NCBI GenBank assembly: GCA_965223845.1 | Contig: CBDCXR010000004.1 | Span: 4,704,001 to 4,768,000, forward strand | Length of the DNA: 64,000 bases | Source: Planctomycetota bacterium | GTDB lineage: Bacteria > Planctomycetota > UBA8108 > SXIK01 | Direction of reading: 5' to 3' | Part shown: piece by piece, positions 30,041 through 39,708 of the stretch | How the letters are laid out: the number at the start of each line of letters is the position of its first letter | Position numbering within the stretch: position 1 is the stretch's first letter | Position numbers and translations under genes: made by a program | Notes under the pieces: model-generated | Databases searched by the model: none | What the model was told of the DNA's origin: nothing | What the model saw: the letters and a program-made list of their open reading frames with translations, nothing else

Positions 30041-31037
30041 ACCGATCCGCGATGCAAACGAGCTCGTCGTCGACGCGTCTCGGCTCACGAAGCACTTTCG
30101 GCACCCGTTCTTTCACTGGGTGACACGCGCCCGCGCTCTGACCGATCTCGACCTCGAGATTCACCGGGGAGAGGTCGTCGGTCTGCTCGGACCGAACGGC
30201 AGCGGAAAGAGTACGGCGATCAAGCTGATCCTCGGTCTCCTCTTCCCGACTTCCGGAAGCGTCCGCGTGTTCGGCCATCGACCGAATTCGCTCGCGGTGA
30301 AGCCGCGGCTCGGCTACCTCCCCGAAGACAGCTACCTCTACCGCTTCCTCTCTGCGCGGGAGACGCTCGACTTCTACGGACGACTCTTCGGCCTAGCTCG
30401 TTCGGAGAGACGGCGACGGACGGCGGCACTGATGGAGCTCGTCGGTCTCCAGCACACGAGCGACCGGCCCGTCGGAGAGTTTTCGAAGGGTATGCAGCGA
30501 CGGGTCTCTCTCGCGCAAGCGCTCATCAACGATCCCGAGTTCGTCATTTTCGACGAGCCGACGAGCGGCATGGATCCCATCGGAACCGCCGACATTAAAG
30601 ACCTCATCGGCGAGCTGAAGAGTCGCGGGAAGACGGTCTTGTTGTGTAGTCACGTTCTTTCGGAGGTCGAGGAGGTCTGCGACCGCGTCGTCATCCTCTA
30701 CGGAGGACGCGTCCAGCTCAGCGGGACACTCGACGCCGTCACTCGCCGCGAGTCGCTCACTCAGCTCGTCGCGGAGCTTCCGCCCGAGACCGTCACCGCG
30801 GTCCTCGAAACGATCCGCTCTCGTCACGGCGAAGCTCTCCCCGTCGACGTCTCCGCTCCGCGTGAGTCGCTCGAGCGCGTTTTCCTCCGCGTCGTCGAAG
30901 CTGCGCAAGATCGATCGCTTGAAACGAGCGGCGCAGAACGCTTCTCGCCACGCGGCCTCGATTTGCTCATCGAGCCAAAGGCCGAGCGCGCGCCGGCGCA
31001 AGACGTTGCCGCGGGACGGGAGGAGCTCGACTCGTGA
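30030..31037 (+). CDS. ABC transporter ATP-binding protein (PilH/GldA-like)
   Basis: GPNGSGKST, FSKGMQRR, FDEPTSGMDP, SHVLSEVE. Confidence 0.93.
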   Translation: MSLEPIRDANELVVDASRLTKHFRHPFFHWVTRARALTDLDLEIHRGEVVGLLGPNGSGKSTAIKLILGLLFPTSGSVRVFGHRPNSLAVKPRLGYLPEDSYLYRFLSARETLDFYGRLFGLARSERRRRTAALMELVGLQHTSDRPVGEFSKGMQRRVSLAQALINDPEFVIFDEPTSGMDPIGTADIKDLIGELKSRGKTVLLCSHVLSEVEEVCDRVVILYGGRVQLSGTLDAVTRRESLTQLVAELPPETVTAVLETIRSRHGEALPVDVSAPRESLERVFLRVVEAAQDRSLETSGAERFSPRGLDLLIEPKAERAPAQDVAAGREELDS

Positions 31038-32551
31038 CCGCGCTCTGGGCCGTCGCTCGCCACACGATCCAGATGTCCATCCGCCGCTTCGTCGGTTTCG
31101 CGATCGCGGTCGTGCTCGTCGCAGTCGGCGCTCTGACGGCGTGGTTCTTGGAGGGCGACCAGACCCTCGTCGGCGACCTTCGGGTCGTGCTCGCCTGGGG
31201 ATTCCGTGCGATGAGCGCGTTCTCCATGCTCCTCATCGTCTTTCTCGCCTCCACCGTTCTCGACCGAGAGATCGTCGGACGTCAAATCACGCTCCTCGAC
31301 GTGAAGCCGATCTCCCGCTGGCAAGTGCTCCTCGGCAAATGGATCGGACTCGCGATCCTCTCTCTCGTGCTGACGCTACTCTTCGGCGGAGTGAGCTACG
31401 CGAGCCTCCGTTGGGTCGAGTACCGCTGGGCCGAGTCCGCCGGCGACGAAACGGAACGCTCCGCCGGTGCCGCGATCGCGGAGCGAGAGTTCTTCTCCTC
31501 ACGTCGCTCGTACGTTCCCGAGGTCGTCGTCACGGAGAGCGATATCGACGGCTGGATCGACCGCATGCGCGCCGAGCCGGAGCTGCGTGCGCTCTCGACC
31601 GATCCGGCCGCGCGTGCGGCGATTGCGACCTGGCTCCGCTCCCATCCCCTCCCGATCCCGTACGCGGCGGCGACCCGATTCGTCGCTCGAGGTCTCCCCG
31701 CTCTGGGCTCGCTCGCTCCTCGCGCGGTCGTACGCCACCGGCTCTACGCCCGTAGCGAGCACGAATCGCTCGCGCGCGTGGCGCATCGCTGGAGCTTCGG
31801 GCCGCAGTCGAATGCTCGCCCGACGACAACGATCGACGCGGAGACGAACGCGGGAAGCGAAGCTGAGCTCGAGTTCCCGACGGATTCCGTCGGCGCGAGC
31901 GGCACGCTCTCGTTCGCACTCGAGAACCGAACCGGGGAAGACGGCGACGAGATTCCCTCGCGCCTCTTCGTCTCGAGCACGGCGGAACTCGAAGTCCTCG
32001 TTCCAACCGGCGAGTTCGAGGGGAACTTCGGGCGCGGTCTCGCCCTCTTCTGGATTCGACTCTGCATGCTCGCCGGAATCGGAGTCGCGGCGAGCACGTT
32101 CCTCCGCGGGTCGGTGACCGCGTTTCTCCTCACCGGGCTCGTCGTCGCCGGATCCCTCAACAACTTCGTCTCCGACCTCGTTGTGCAGCCCGAAGCCGAG
32201 AACCCCGTCGAGGAGTGGCTCGCTGCGCGGGACCAAGGCCAAGACGAGCACACGCACGACGACGGCCACGGTCACGACCACGCTCATGGCCACGCCCACG
32301 ACCACGGACACGATCACGGTTCAGCGGCTGACGGCGGCATTCTCGACTCTCTCGCACCGCTCTTCTTCCTCGCCCTTCCCGACTTCGTCGACACCGATCC
32401 CGTTCCAGATCTTCTCGTCGCGCGAGAGATCGAATGGCGGCGAATCTTGCGGCAGATGTGTGTCGACATCGGACTCCGCACGGGCGGCGTCTGGATTCTC
32501 GGGCTCTTCTTTTTCTATCGGCGGGAGGTCGGAATCCCGGTGCTCGACTGA
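31034..32551 (+). CDS. ABC-2 type permease with a large extracytoplasmic domain and His-rich loop
   Basis: REIVGRQITLLDVKPISRWQVLLGKWIG; His-rich tract HTHDDGHGHDHAHGHAHDHGHDH; FFYRRE near the C-terminus. Confidence 0.8.
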   Translation: MTALWAVARHTIQMSIRRFVGFAIAVVLVAVGALTAWFLEGDQTLVGDLRVVLAWGFRAMSAFSMLLIVFLASTVLDREIVGRQITLLDVKPISRWQVLLGKWIGLAILSLVLTLLFGGVSYASLRWVEYRWAESAGDETERSAGAAIAEREFFSSRRSYVPEVVVTESDIDGWIDRMRAEPELRALSTDPAARAAIATWLRSHPLPIPYAAATRFVARGLPALGSLAPRAVVRHRLYARSEHESLARVAHRWSFGPQSNARPTTTIDAETNAGSEAELEFPTDSVGASGTLSFALENRTGEDGDEIPSRLFVSSTAELEVLVPTGEFEGNFGRGLALFWIRLCMLAGIGVAASTFLRGSVTAFLLTGLVVAGSLNNFVSDLVVQPEAENPVEEWLAARDQGQDEHTHDDGHGHDHAHGHAHDHGHDHGSAADGGILDSLAPLFFLALPDFVDTDPVPDLLVAREIEWRRILRQMCVDIGLRTGGVWILGLFFFYRREVGIPVLD

Positions 32552-34281
32552 TGACGAACGCCAAGTCCCCAAAGCACCCGGCTCGAACCCGCGTCTCGCC
32601 GCCGCCCGGCGCCGGTGAGCGCGCGACTCTTCGCCGGCGCTGGGTGATGGCTCTCGTTGCTCTCGCCCTTCTCGTTACGGGTCGCACGTTCCTCGATCGA
32701 TCCGTCGACCTCGCTCGCGAGAAAAAGCTCTTCAGTCGCGGGGAAGGAGACGCCGTTCCGCCCGAGTACATCCTCGCCTCGTCGCTTCTCGGCGGATTCC
32801 GCGGCGTTTTCCTCACGACGCTCTGGATGCGAGCGCAGGACCTCAAGGACGGGGGGAAGTACTACGAGCTCGTCGATCTGTACCGGATGATCTCGACGCT
32901 CCAGCCGGCGCTGGCCGCCTCGTGGCGTCACCAAGCCTGGGATCTTGCGTACAACGTCTCCACGAATCTCCCGAGCCACGACGAGCGCGTGTTCTGGGTA
33001 TTTCGCGGGATCGATCTTCTGCGAAAGGAAGCCATTCCGAAGAATCGACGAAGCGCGGACCTCTACTGGGAACTAGCGTGGATCTTCCACCACAAGATCG
33101 GACAGGACTTCGATGCGGCCTTCTTTCTCTACCGGGAGCACCTGAAGCGCCAGGTCGAGAACGCGCTGGGGAGTCTCGCCGTCCCCGAGAATTGGCCGCG
33201 CTTCGCGGACGTCGTCGAGATCCGTTCGCGCCATCGGACGCCGGCGGAGTTGATCGCGGCACCCGCGCTCGCAGGATTGGCGGCGGAACGGAAACGCGAT
33301 GGACTCGAGGCCGAGGCCCTCGTCGACGCGGCCCGCGAGCTTCTCGAAGCCGACCCGAATCGCACGGCGGCCCTAAACGCCGAGCTCGCAAACGCTGAAA
33401 CGCGAAGGGCACTCGAGCGGATCGAGCTCTGGCGCGTCGGCCGCGACATCGCGGAGAACCTCGGGATGGATCCGGCCGAGATGCACCGGCTGGCCACGCG
33501 GCTCGGGCCTATCGATTGGCGCCGCGCTTCCGCGCACGGCCTCTACTGGGCGGAGCTCGGTGAGCGCGTTCGGCAAGAGGTTCGTCCGGACCTAAGCGTC
33601 GCGCGATTCGTCTACTTGATTCTCCGATCCGCGTTTCGAGTGTTCGTCGACGATCGCGACGATGCAGTGGGTGGGCTGACGTTCTTCCCGCTTCTCGATT
33701 CCCAGCGCGTGATGCCGACCCTCGACCTCGTCGCCGAAGCGCTCGACTCGCTCGAGCGCGCGAGCGCGGCGAAGCGTGCCCAGCGCCTCCCCACGGTGGA
33801 CGTCGACGGCTTCCGAACCATCGTCGCAGCGTTGACCGCCGATGTTGCGCTCAGCCTCTGGATCGACGGACGATCGATCGACGCCGAGGAAGTCGTTGCG
33901 CGTCTCCGCAACGCTGATCCCGGAGATCCGCGCTACCGCGGCAGCCTCGATCAGTTCGCCAAGCTGAAGCTCGCTGAAGATCTCGAAGCGATCGGGCGCG
34001 ACGCCACGGTCGAAATCACCCGCGCGCTGATTCTCAAGTCACTCTTCTGGCTCGCGCACGGAGACCGCTCCCGCTACGGTCGACGTCTCGCCTGGACGCA
34101 ACTCGTTCACGGGTATGCATCGAATCGCTGGCCCGGCGAAATCGCACCGCTCGTCGAAATCCAGCGCTCGGCCCTCGAAGAGGTCGAGCGGGGCGGCGAG
34201 CCGGCGCTCCGCGCTCCCGCCGCCGTCGCACGCATTCGCGCGGAGCTACGGGAGCTCGCTCCCTCGGTACTCGATCGCTAG
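32551..34281 (+). CDS. Membrane-anchored helical/TPR-like ABC accessory protein (PilG-like)
   Basis: N-terminal TM; LLGGFRG-LWMRA, LQP-W-AWDLAYNVS, LYWELAWIFHHKIG. Coupled to the upstream gene by TGATG. Confidence 0.7.
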   Translation: MTNAKSPKHPARTRVSPPPGAGERATLRRRWVMALVALALLVTGRTFLDRSVDLAREKKLFSRGEGDAVPPEYILASSLLGGFRGVFLTTLWMRAQDLKDGGKYYELVDLYRMISTLQPALAASWRHQAWDLAYNVSTNLPSHDERVFWVFRGIDLLRKEAIPKNRRSADLYWELAWIFHHKIGQDFDAAFFLYREHLKRQVENALGSLAVPENWPRFADVVEIRSRHRTPAELIAAPALAGLAAERKRDGLEAEALVDAARELLEADPNRTAALNAELANAETRRALERIELWRVGRDIAENLGMDPAEMHRLATRLGPIDWRRASAHGLYWAELGERVRQEVRPDLSVARFVYLILRSAFRVFVDDRDDAVGGLTFFPLLDSQRVMPTLDLVAEALDSLERASAAKRAQRLPTVDVDGFRTIVAALTADVALSLWIDGRSIDAEEVVARLRNADPGDPRYRGSLDQFAKLKLAEDLEAIGRDATVEITRALILKSLFWLAHGDRSRYGRRLAWTQLVHGYASNRWPGEIAPLVEIQRSALEEVERGGEPALRAPAAVARIRAELRELAPSVLDR

Positions 34282-34397
34282 TCGCGTTTTTGTCGTCGGC
34301 CGACCGAGCGACTGATAAGATACTCGTCGATCACTCGCGAGAGTCCCGCGTCGCGGGACGTCCTTCCTCCTGACTTTCCCTGCAAAGGAGATCTTTC

Positions 34398-34979
34398 ATG
34401 CGCTCCGCCGTTCACATCGTCTGCGTCACCCTTTCCATCGCGGCTCTCATCGCCGCGGCGTGTCAGTACTCCCCGAGCGGTGCGAACGCCGATCACCACG
34501 AGAAATCACCGTGGAAAGGGATCGTGCAGGGAGTCGCCGTGATGATTCCGACCGAGGGCAACACCGCCCGCGGGACGGTGACGTTTACGCAGGCGAAGGA
34601 TCACGTCAAAGTCGACGCTCGCATCGAAGGTCTCAACCCGAATGCGAAGCACGCGATCCACATCCATCAGTGGGGTGACATCCGCATGCCGAACGGAAAG
34701 GGCACGGGCGGTCACTTCAACCCGGACGGGCACGATCACGGACTGCCGGAGAAGAAGGACCGCCACGCGGGCGACCTCGGCAATCTCCAGGCTGACGCGA
34801 ACGGCAAGGCGACCTACTCGATCGTCGTCAAGAACGTGACCGTCGTCGGTCACAAGAATCCGATCATCGGGCGCGGCGTGATCATCCACGCGAAGCAGGA
34901 TGACGGCGGGCAGCCCACCGGAAACGCCGGCGCCCGCATCTCGCAGGGCGTGATCGGCATCGCGATGCCGGCTCAGTAA
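34398..34979 (+). CDS. sodC: Cu/Zn superoxide dismutase, lipoprotein
   Basis: HAIHIH, GGHFNP, RHAGDLGN, GRGVIIHA, PTGNAGAR; lipobox AAAC; AAGGAG RBS. Confidence 0.93.
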   Translation: MRSAVHIVCVTLSIAALIAAACQYSPSGANADHHEKSPWKGIVQGVAVMIPTEGNTARGTVTFTQAKDHVKVDARIEGLNPNAKHAIHIHQWGDIRMPNGKGTGGHFNPDGHDHGLPEKKDRHAGDLGNLQADANGKATYSIVVKNVTVVGHKNPIIGRGVIIHAKQDDGGQPTGNAGARISQGVIGIAMPAQ

Positions 34980-35073
34980 GAACTACGCGCGGTTCCGACT
35001 CGGAGCGGGCGCAGCGCGCCGGTTCCGGGTCGGGCCCGCATCTTCGGGCGGTCGATCGGCGTCCGCGCAGACG

Positions 35074-36975
35074 TTAGAGTGACGGCGACGACGTCGCGGG
35101 TGCCGAGCTCGGCATCACCCCGCGAGCGAAGAGCCGCGGTCCGCGCCGGCGCAGGGAATCGAGATAGAGGAGTCCGAGGACCCCGAGCGACGCCCAGCGC
35201 CACCAGGCCACGTCGTGCTCGTGAGCGAGCACCGAATCGGGCGCCGTGATGGCGATCGGAAGCGCATTGACGGCGTAACCGAGCGCGATCGCAAACGCAA
35301 ACATCGCAAGGGAGAACGCCACCGCGATCCTCTTTCCGTGCAGTTGGCTGAGGACTCCGAACGTCGTGACGTTCGTCGCGGGTCCGGTGAGGAGGAAGAC
35401 GAGCGCGGCGCCGGGCGAAACTCCACCGGCGAGCAACACCGCCACGAGCGGCGTCACCCCCGCGGCGCAGACGTACATCGGAACGCCGAGCACAGCGAAG
35501 AGCGGGATGTCGAGCCCGGCCGGAACCGAGCGGAGCCAACCGTCGTCCACGAACGGCGCGACCACGGCGGCGACTCCGAGCCCGAGCAAGATCCAGGGGG
35601 CGGTCGAGTCGAGGATCTCACCGAAGCTGAGGCGGAGGCCACTCGCGAGACGCGCTCCGAACGACGCGCTCGGCGCGTCTCCGGCTGGTTCGCTCCCGCA
35701 GCACGACGGGGACGCTTCCTCGGCGGACGCGCTCGCGCGCACGCGGCGACCGACGAGCCAGCCGACGACGAACGCGAGCACGGCCGCCCCGGCCACGCGA
35801 AGGATCGCCATGGGCGCGCCTAGTAGCGGAAACGAGAGGAGAACGGCGTCGAGACCGAGCTCGGGCGTTGCGATGAGAAACGCCATCGCCGCGGGGGCGG
35901 GCGCACCGCGAAGGATGAGAGCTCGGTAGAGCGGAACGACACCGCACGAGCACACCGGAAACGGCAAGCCGACCGCCATCCCGCGAAGCGACTGCGTCGC
36001 CGCGCGCCCGCGCTGCATCCACGCGACCGTCGAGCGCGGCAGGAAGCTGCTGAAGAGTCCGGCGAGGACGTAACCGAGAAGAAGCGCCGGTGCGCTTTCG
36101 AGCGCGAGATCGAGAAAAGCCGACGCCAATTCGGCGCCGTACTCGGAATCGACGTCGCCGCCGTGGGTGTGTCCACCGTGCGAGTGGCCACCGTGTCCGG
36201 CCTCGCTCCACCAAAGCCCCGCAACGAGAATGAGGCCGATGACCGCGCCCGTTCCCTCGAGGCGGTTCGATCGCCTTCGCTCGGCATCGACGGAAACGGC
36301 GCCGGCGGGAACGGAAGCGGCGGCGTGGTCGTGCGAGTGCGAGTGCGAGTGCTCCCCGCCGCAGCTCGCACCTCCAACGTGCGGGCGGTGCGCCACGACG
36401 TGGAGAAGTGAGCCGGTCACGAGTCCCTGGAACCAGGCCGTCCCCTGCGTCGAGAGCACGGTGTGCATCGCGTCCCCCCACGCGTATCCGACCGCCGTAG
36501 ACGCCGCCATGCACGCGAGCACGATCCACGCCGCCCGGAGACCGTAGGGCGGACGGACCAGCCACCACACCGTCAAGCCGACGGGGAACCGGTGGAGTAT
36601 GATCGCCGCGGGGAGATGCGCCGCGCCGCGATCCTCGAGGTGCGGCGCGTCTCCCGCGAGACCGGCGCCGTCGAGAAGTGCGTGGAGACAAACGCCTGCG
36701 ATGCCGAGCCACAGTGCGGCTGCGTGGGACCCGCGCCCCGCGCGCTGAAAGTACCGCTCGAGCAAGGTCGGGCCGAGTAGCCCCGCGACGGCACAGGCGA
36801 TGACGAGGACGCCGCCGCGCGCGACGAGCTCCGGCATCGTGAGAAGCGTAAGTCCCGCGATCGATGCGACGATGAAGCCATCGAGAAAGGAGATCGTCTC
36901 CGCTCGCTCCTTCACCCCCCGGTAGAGGAGAGGTGCGACGGCGAGGACGAGAATGCTGAGTACGAGTTGGGTCAA
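35074..36975 (-). CDS. Metal permease: N-terminal ZIP-like domain fused to a DUF318/ArsP-type permease
   Basis: HALLDG and LHRFPVG (ZIP-like); His-rich linkers; PVCSCGVVP, FLIATPE, PMYVCA, GPATN (DUF318). Confidence 0.8.
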   Translation of the reverse strand: MTQLVLSILVLAVAPLLYRGVKERAETISFLDGFIVASIAGLTLLTMPELVARGGVLVIACAVAGLLGPTLLERYFQRAGRGSHAAALWLGIAGVCLHALLDGAGLAGDAPHLEDRGAAHLPAAIILHRFPVGLTVWWLVRPPYGLRAAWIVLACMAASTAVGYAWGDAMHTVLSTQGTAWFQGLVTGSLLHVVAHRPHVGGASCGGEHSHSHSHDHAAASVPAGAVSVDAERRRSNRLEGTGAVIGLILVAGLWWSEAGHGGHSHGGHTHGGDVDSEYGAELASAFLDLALESAPALLLGYVLAGLFSSFLPRSTVAWMQRGRAATQSLRGMAVGLPFPVCSCGVVPLYRALILRGAPAPAAMAFLIATPELGLDAVLLSFPLLGAPMAILRVAGAAVLAFVVGWLVGRRVRASASAEEASPSCCGSEPAGDAPSASFGARLASGLRLSFGEILDSTAPWILLGLGVAAVVAPFVDDGWLRSVPAGLDIPLFAVLGVPMYVCAAGVTPLVAVLLAGGVSPGAALVFLLTGPATNVTTFGVLSQLHGKRIAVAFSLAMFAFAIALGYAVNALPIAITAPDSVLAHEHDVAWWRWASLGVLGLLYLDSLRRRGPRLFARGVMPSSAPATSSPSL

Positions 36976-37004
36976 CGTAGGGTCAATCTTTCAACGTCGA
37001 GAGA

Positions 37005-37853
37005 CTACGCGCTGCGAACGAGGGTGGCCTTCGCGATCCAGGCGACGACGACGACGCCCGAAGCGATCGCCACCGTCATCTGTCCGGGCGGGAAGTCGTA
37101 GCCGTGCGCGAGAACGAATCCCACTACGGACGTCATCACTCCGATGATCGGCGCAACGAGGAACATCCACGACGCGTCCCGTACGAGATTCTTGGCGGCG
37201 AGGGCCGGAAGCACCAGCATCCCGAAGGTGTAGATCAACCCCGACGCCCGCAGCGAGAACCCGATGACGAGTCCGAGCGCGACCGAGAGACCGAGGCTCC
37301 ACGCTCGCACGCGAAGACCGACCGCTGAGGCCATCGGCGGATCGATCGCGATCAGAAGGAGCGGCCGGCGCCAGGTCAGCGCGGCTACGACGCTCGCGAT
37401 CACAAACAGGCCGGAGATCCACACGTCACGCTCGTCGACGGCGAGAATCGTCGAAAACAGCGTTTTGTGGACCTCCTCGACACCGAACGGACTCGAGGCG
37501 ACGAGGAGGATGGACCCGCTCGCCCCGAGGAGAAACGTCCATCCGGTCACCGCGGCGAGGGTCTCCCGCCGAGTACGACCGATGACCACCGCCGCGACAA
37601 CCGAGCAAATCACGGCGAGCGACGTCGGGAGCACGGTGCCGGTTGAACCGTCATCGTGAACGAGCGCTTCTCCGCCGACGACGAGAGCGATCGCGATCCC
37701 GAGAGTCGACGCCTGGGAGAGCGCAGCTCCGACGAAGATTTGATCGCGCGCGACGACGAGAACCCCCGAAAGGGGCAGAAGCACAGCGAGGAACCACCCC
37801 ACGATGTAGGTGTAGCCGAGGAGCTCCCAGGATTCGAGGAACTCGGTGATCAC
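37005..37853 (-). CDS. znuB: Metal (Zn/Mn) ABC transporter permease
   Basis: ABC-3 features: GVLVVARDQIFVGAALSQ-GIA, LLIAIDP, LVLPALAA. Confidence 0.8.
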   Translation of the reverse strand: MITEFLESWELLGYTYIVGWFLAVLLPLSGVLVVARDQIFVGAALSQASTLGIAIALVVGGEALVHDDGSTGTVLPTSLAVICSVVAAVVIGRTRRETLAAVTGWTFLLGASGSILLVASSPFGVEEVHKTLFSTILAVDERDVWISGLFVIASVVAALTWRRPLLLIAIDPPMASAVGLRVRAWSLGLSVALGLVIGFSLRASGLIYTFGMLVLPALAAKNLVRDASWMFLVAPIIGVMTSVVGFVLAHGYDFPPGQMTVAIASGVVVVAWIAKATLVRSA

Positions 37854-38605
37854 GTCGGCTCTCCATCGCTCGAAACCGGCGCCGGATTCGCGGGGAGAGT
37901 TACCCTGCCCGCGTCGACCTCGACGCCGTAGGCGCGCCTGAGGGTATCCGGTTGAAGCACATCTTCGGCGGCGCCGGCGACGAGCGTTCCATCGACGCAG
38001 AGCGCGAAGCGTGCGCCGTAGCGCGCCGCCTTGTGAAGGTCATGAGTAACGACGAGGACCGTCAATCCCTGCTCACGATTGAGTCGACGGAGGCCGTCGA
38101 GCAGCGCGTCGACGGCCGCGAGATCGAGCCCGGCCGTCGGCTCGTCGGCGATGAGAAAGGTCGGCCGGCGGACGAGTGCGCGCGCAACGAGCGCGCGCTG
38201 GCGCTGCCCGCCGGAGAGAGCCCAGTAATCGCGTCGCGCCATCCCACCGAGACCGGAGTGCTCGAGCGCCCAGTCGAGACGCTCGCGCCGCTCGCGCTGC
38301 GAGCAGCGCACACCGACGAGCCCGAGGCCGACGAATCCTCCGACGGTGATCGGAAGAGTTCGTCCGACCTCGCAGCGCTGCGGCACGAATCCGACGCCGA
38401 CACGCGAACCCGACGCCCCCAAACGAACACTCCCCCGCACGGGCGCGAGGTCACCGAGCAGCGTTCGCACGAGAGATGTCTTTCCGGCGCCGTTCGCACC
38501 GATGAGAAACCAGAACTCGCCGCCCGCGATCGTCCACCGCACGTGCGCGAGCACCGTGCGCGCGCGGTAGCCGATCGCGACGTCGTCGAACTCTGCTACG
38601 GGCAT
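37850..38605 (-). CDS. znuC: Metal (Zn/Mn) ABC transporter ATPase
   Basis: GANGAGKTS, GFVPQ, LSGGQRQRALVARAL, DEPTAGLD, VTHDL. Start placed at the TGATG overlap (38605). Confidence 0.85.
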   Translation of the reverse strand: MPVAEFDDVAIGYRARTVLAHVRWTIAGGEFWFLIGANGAGKTSLVRTLLGDLAPVRGSVRLGASGSRVGVGFVPQRCEVGRTLPITVGGFVGLGLVGVRCSQRERRERLDWALEHSGLGGMARRDYWALSGGQRQRALVARALVRRPTFLIADEPTAGLDLAAVDALLDGLRRLNREQGLTVLVVTHDLHKAARYGARFALCVDGTLVAGAAEDVLQPDTLRRAYGVEVDAGRVTLPANPAPVSSDGEPT

Positions 38606-39693
38606 CAACGCGTTGCCTCCACGGCCCGCAAAAACTCGCGGACATTGTAGTCGATCATCCGAAGGTAGCTCTCCGTGCCCGGCCGTGCGCCGACCTGGTG
38701 CGCCATTCGAGCGACGCGAGCGCGAGTGCGCGAGGCGACGAGGCGAGCGTGCCGGCCGTCGAAGTACGGCGAGGCGAGCACGACGCCGACGGCGTCCGTT
38801 TGCATGCGCCCGATGAGTTTTACGAGATGCTTCGAGGACGGCGCAACGCCCGGCTTCGGCTCGAGGAAACCGACGACGTCCGGGCCGAACCGATGCGAGA
38901 AGTACGGCCAGAGATCGTGATCGGCGACGATCTTGCGTCCGGCGTACGGGGCCATGGCTGCGAGCCATCCCCCGAGCAGAGGCCGCTGTCCCTGCGCCTC
39001 GATGAAGGCTAGGAGCTTCCGCATCCCGCCCCGATCGGCGAGCACGAGGAGCTTCTCGATCTGCTCCGCGTTGTATTCCCCGAGGAGCTTTTGACCGAAA
39101 ACGCGAAGGAGCAGACGGCTCCGGAACTCTCGATAGCGCTCTTCGAACTGCGACGCGTGCTCCGGCCTCGCCACCCGCAGTCGATCGCGGATGAGCCGGG
39201 CCACCTTGAGTCCGTTGAGGGGGTCGAGAAGGTAATGAGGATTCCCGCGCGCGTGTACATCACCGAGCGATCGGTCGATAGGTGTCGTCGGGACGTCGAG
39301 CGGCGCGATGACGCTCGACGCGTCAACGAAGCCCGGAGCACCCGGAAGCACGTTCGCGTTTCTCGCGCTTCGGAGGAGGACGGGACTCCATCCACTCTCG
39401 AGCTCGAGCCCGGTTTGAATGAAGAGGTCGGCCTTACTGAGCTGCTTGATGAGGGACGGCCGCGCTTCCACATAGTGCGGATCTTGCGGACCCTTCGTGA
39501 GCTCGACGACCGTCACCGAATCCCCGCCGACCTCACGCGTCAGCGAGCCCAGATCGGGCGTCGTCGCGCAGACGACGAGCGGTTCATCTGCGTTCCCTGG
39601 CGTCGAAGCGACCAGCGCAACTAGAATCCATGCGGCGAGGCTATTCTCGATTCGGCCTCTCCCGCTTCGCGAGTCGAGTGTTTCACACATCAT
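38605..39693 (-). CDS. znuA: Metal ABC transporter substrate-binding protein (ZnuA/TroA family)
   Basis: QDPHYVEARPS, DRSLGDVHARGNPHYLLDP, EPKPGVAPS. Confidence 0.88.
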   Translation of the reverse strand: MMCETLDSRSGRGRIENSLAAWILVALVASTPGNADEPLVVCATTPDLGSLTREVGGDSVTVVELTKGPQDPHYVEARPSLIKQLSKADLFIQTGLELESGWSPVLLRSARNANVLPGAPGFVDASSVIAPLDVPTTPIDRSLGDVHARGNPHYLLDPLNGLKVARLIRDRLRVARPEHASQFEERYREFRSRLLLRVFGQKLLGEYNAEQIEKLLVLADRGGMRKLLAFIEAQGQRPLLGGWLAAMAPYAGRKIVADHDLWPYFSHRFGPDVVGFLEPKPGVAPSSKHLVKLIGRMQTDAVGVVLASPYFDGRHARLVASRTRARVARMAHQVGARPGTESYLRMIDYNVREFLRAVEATR

Positions 39694-39708
39694 GACGAAC
39701 CTCCTCCA

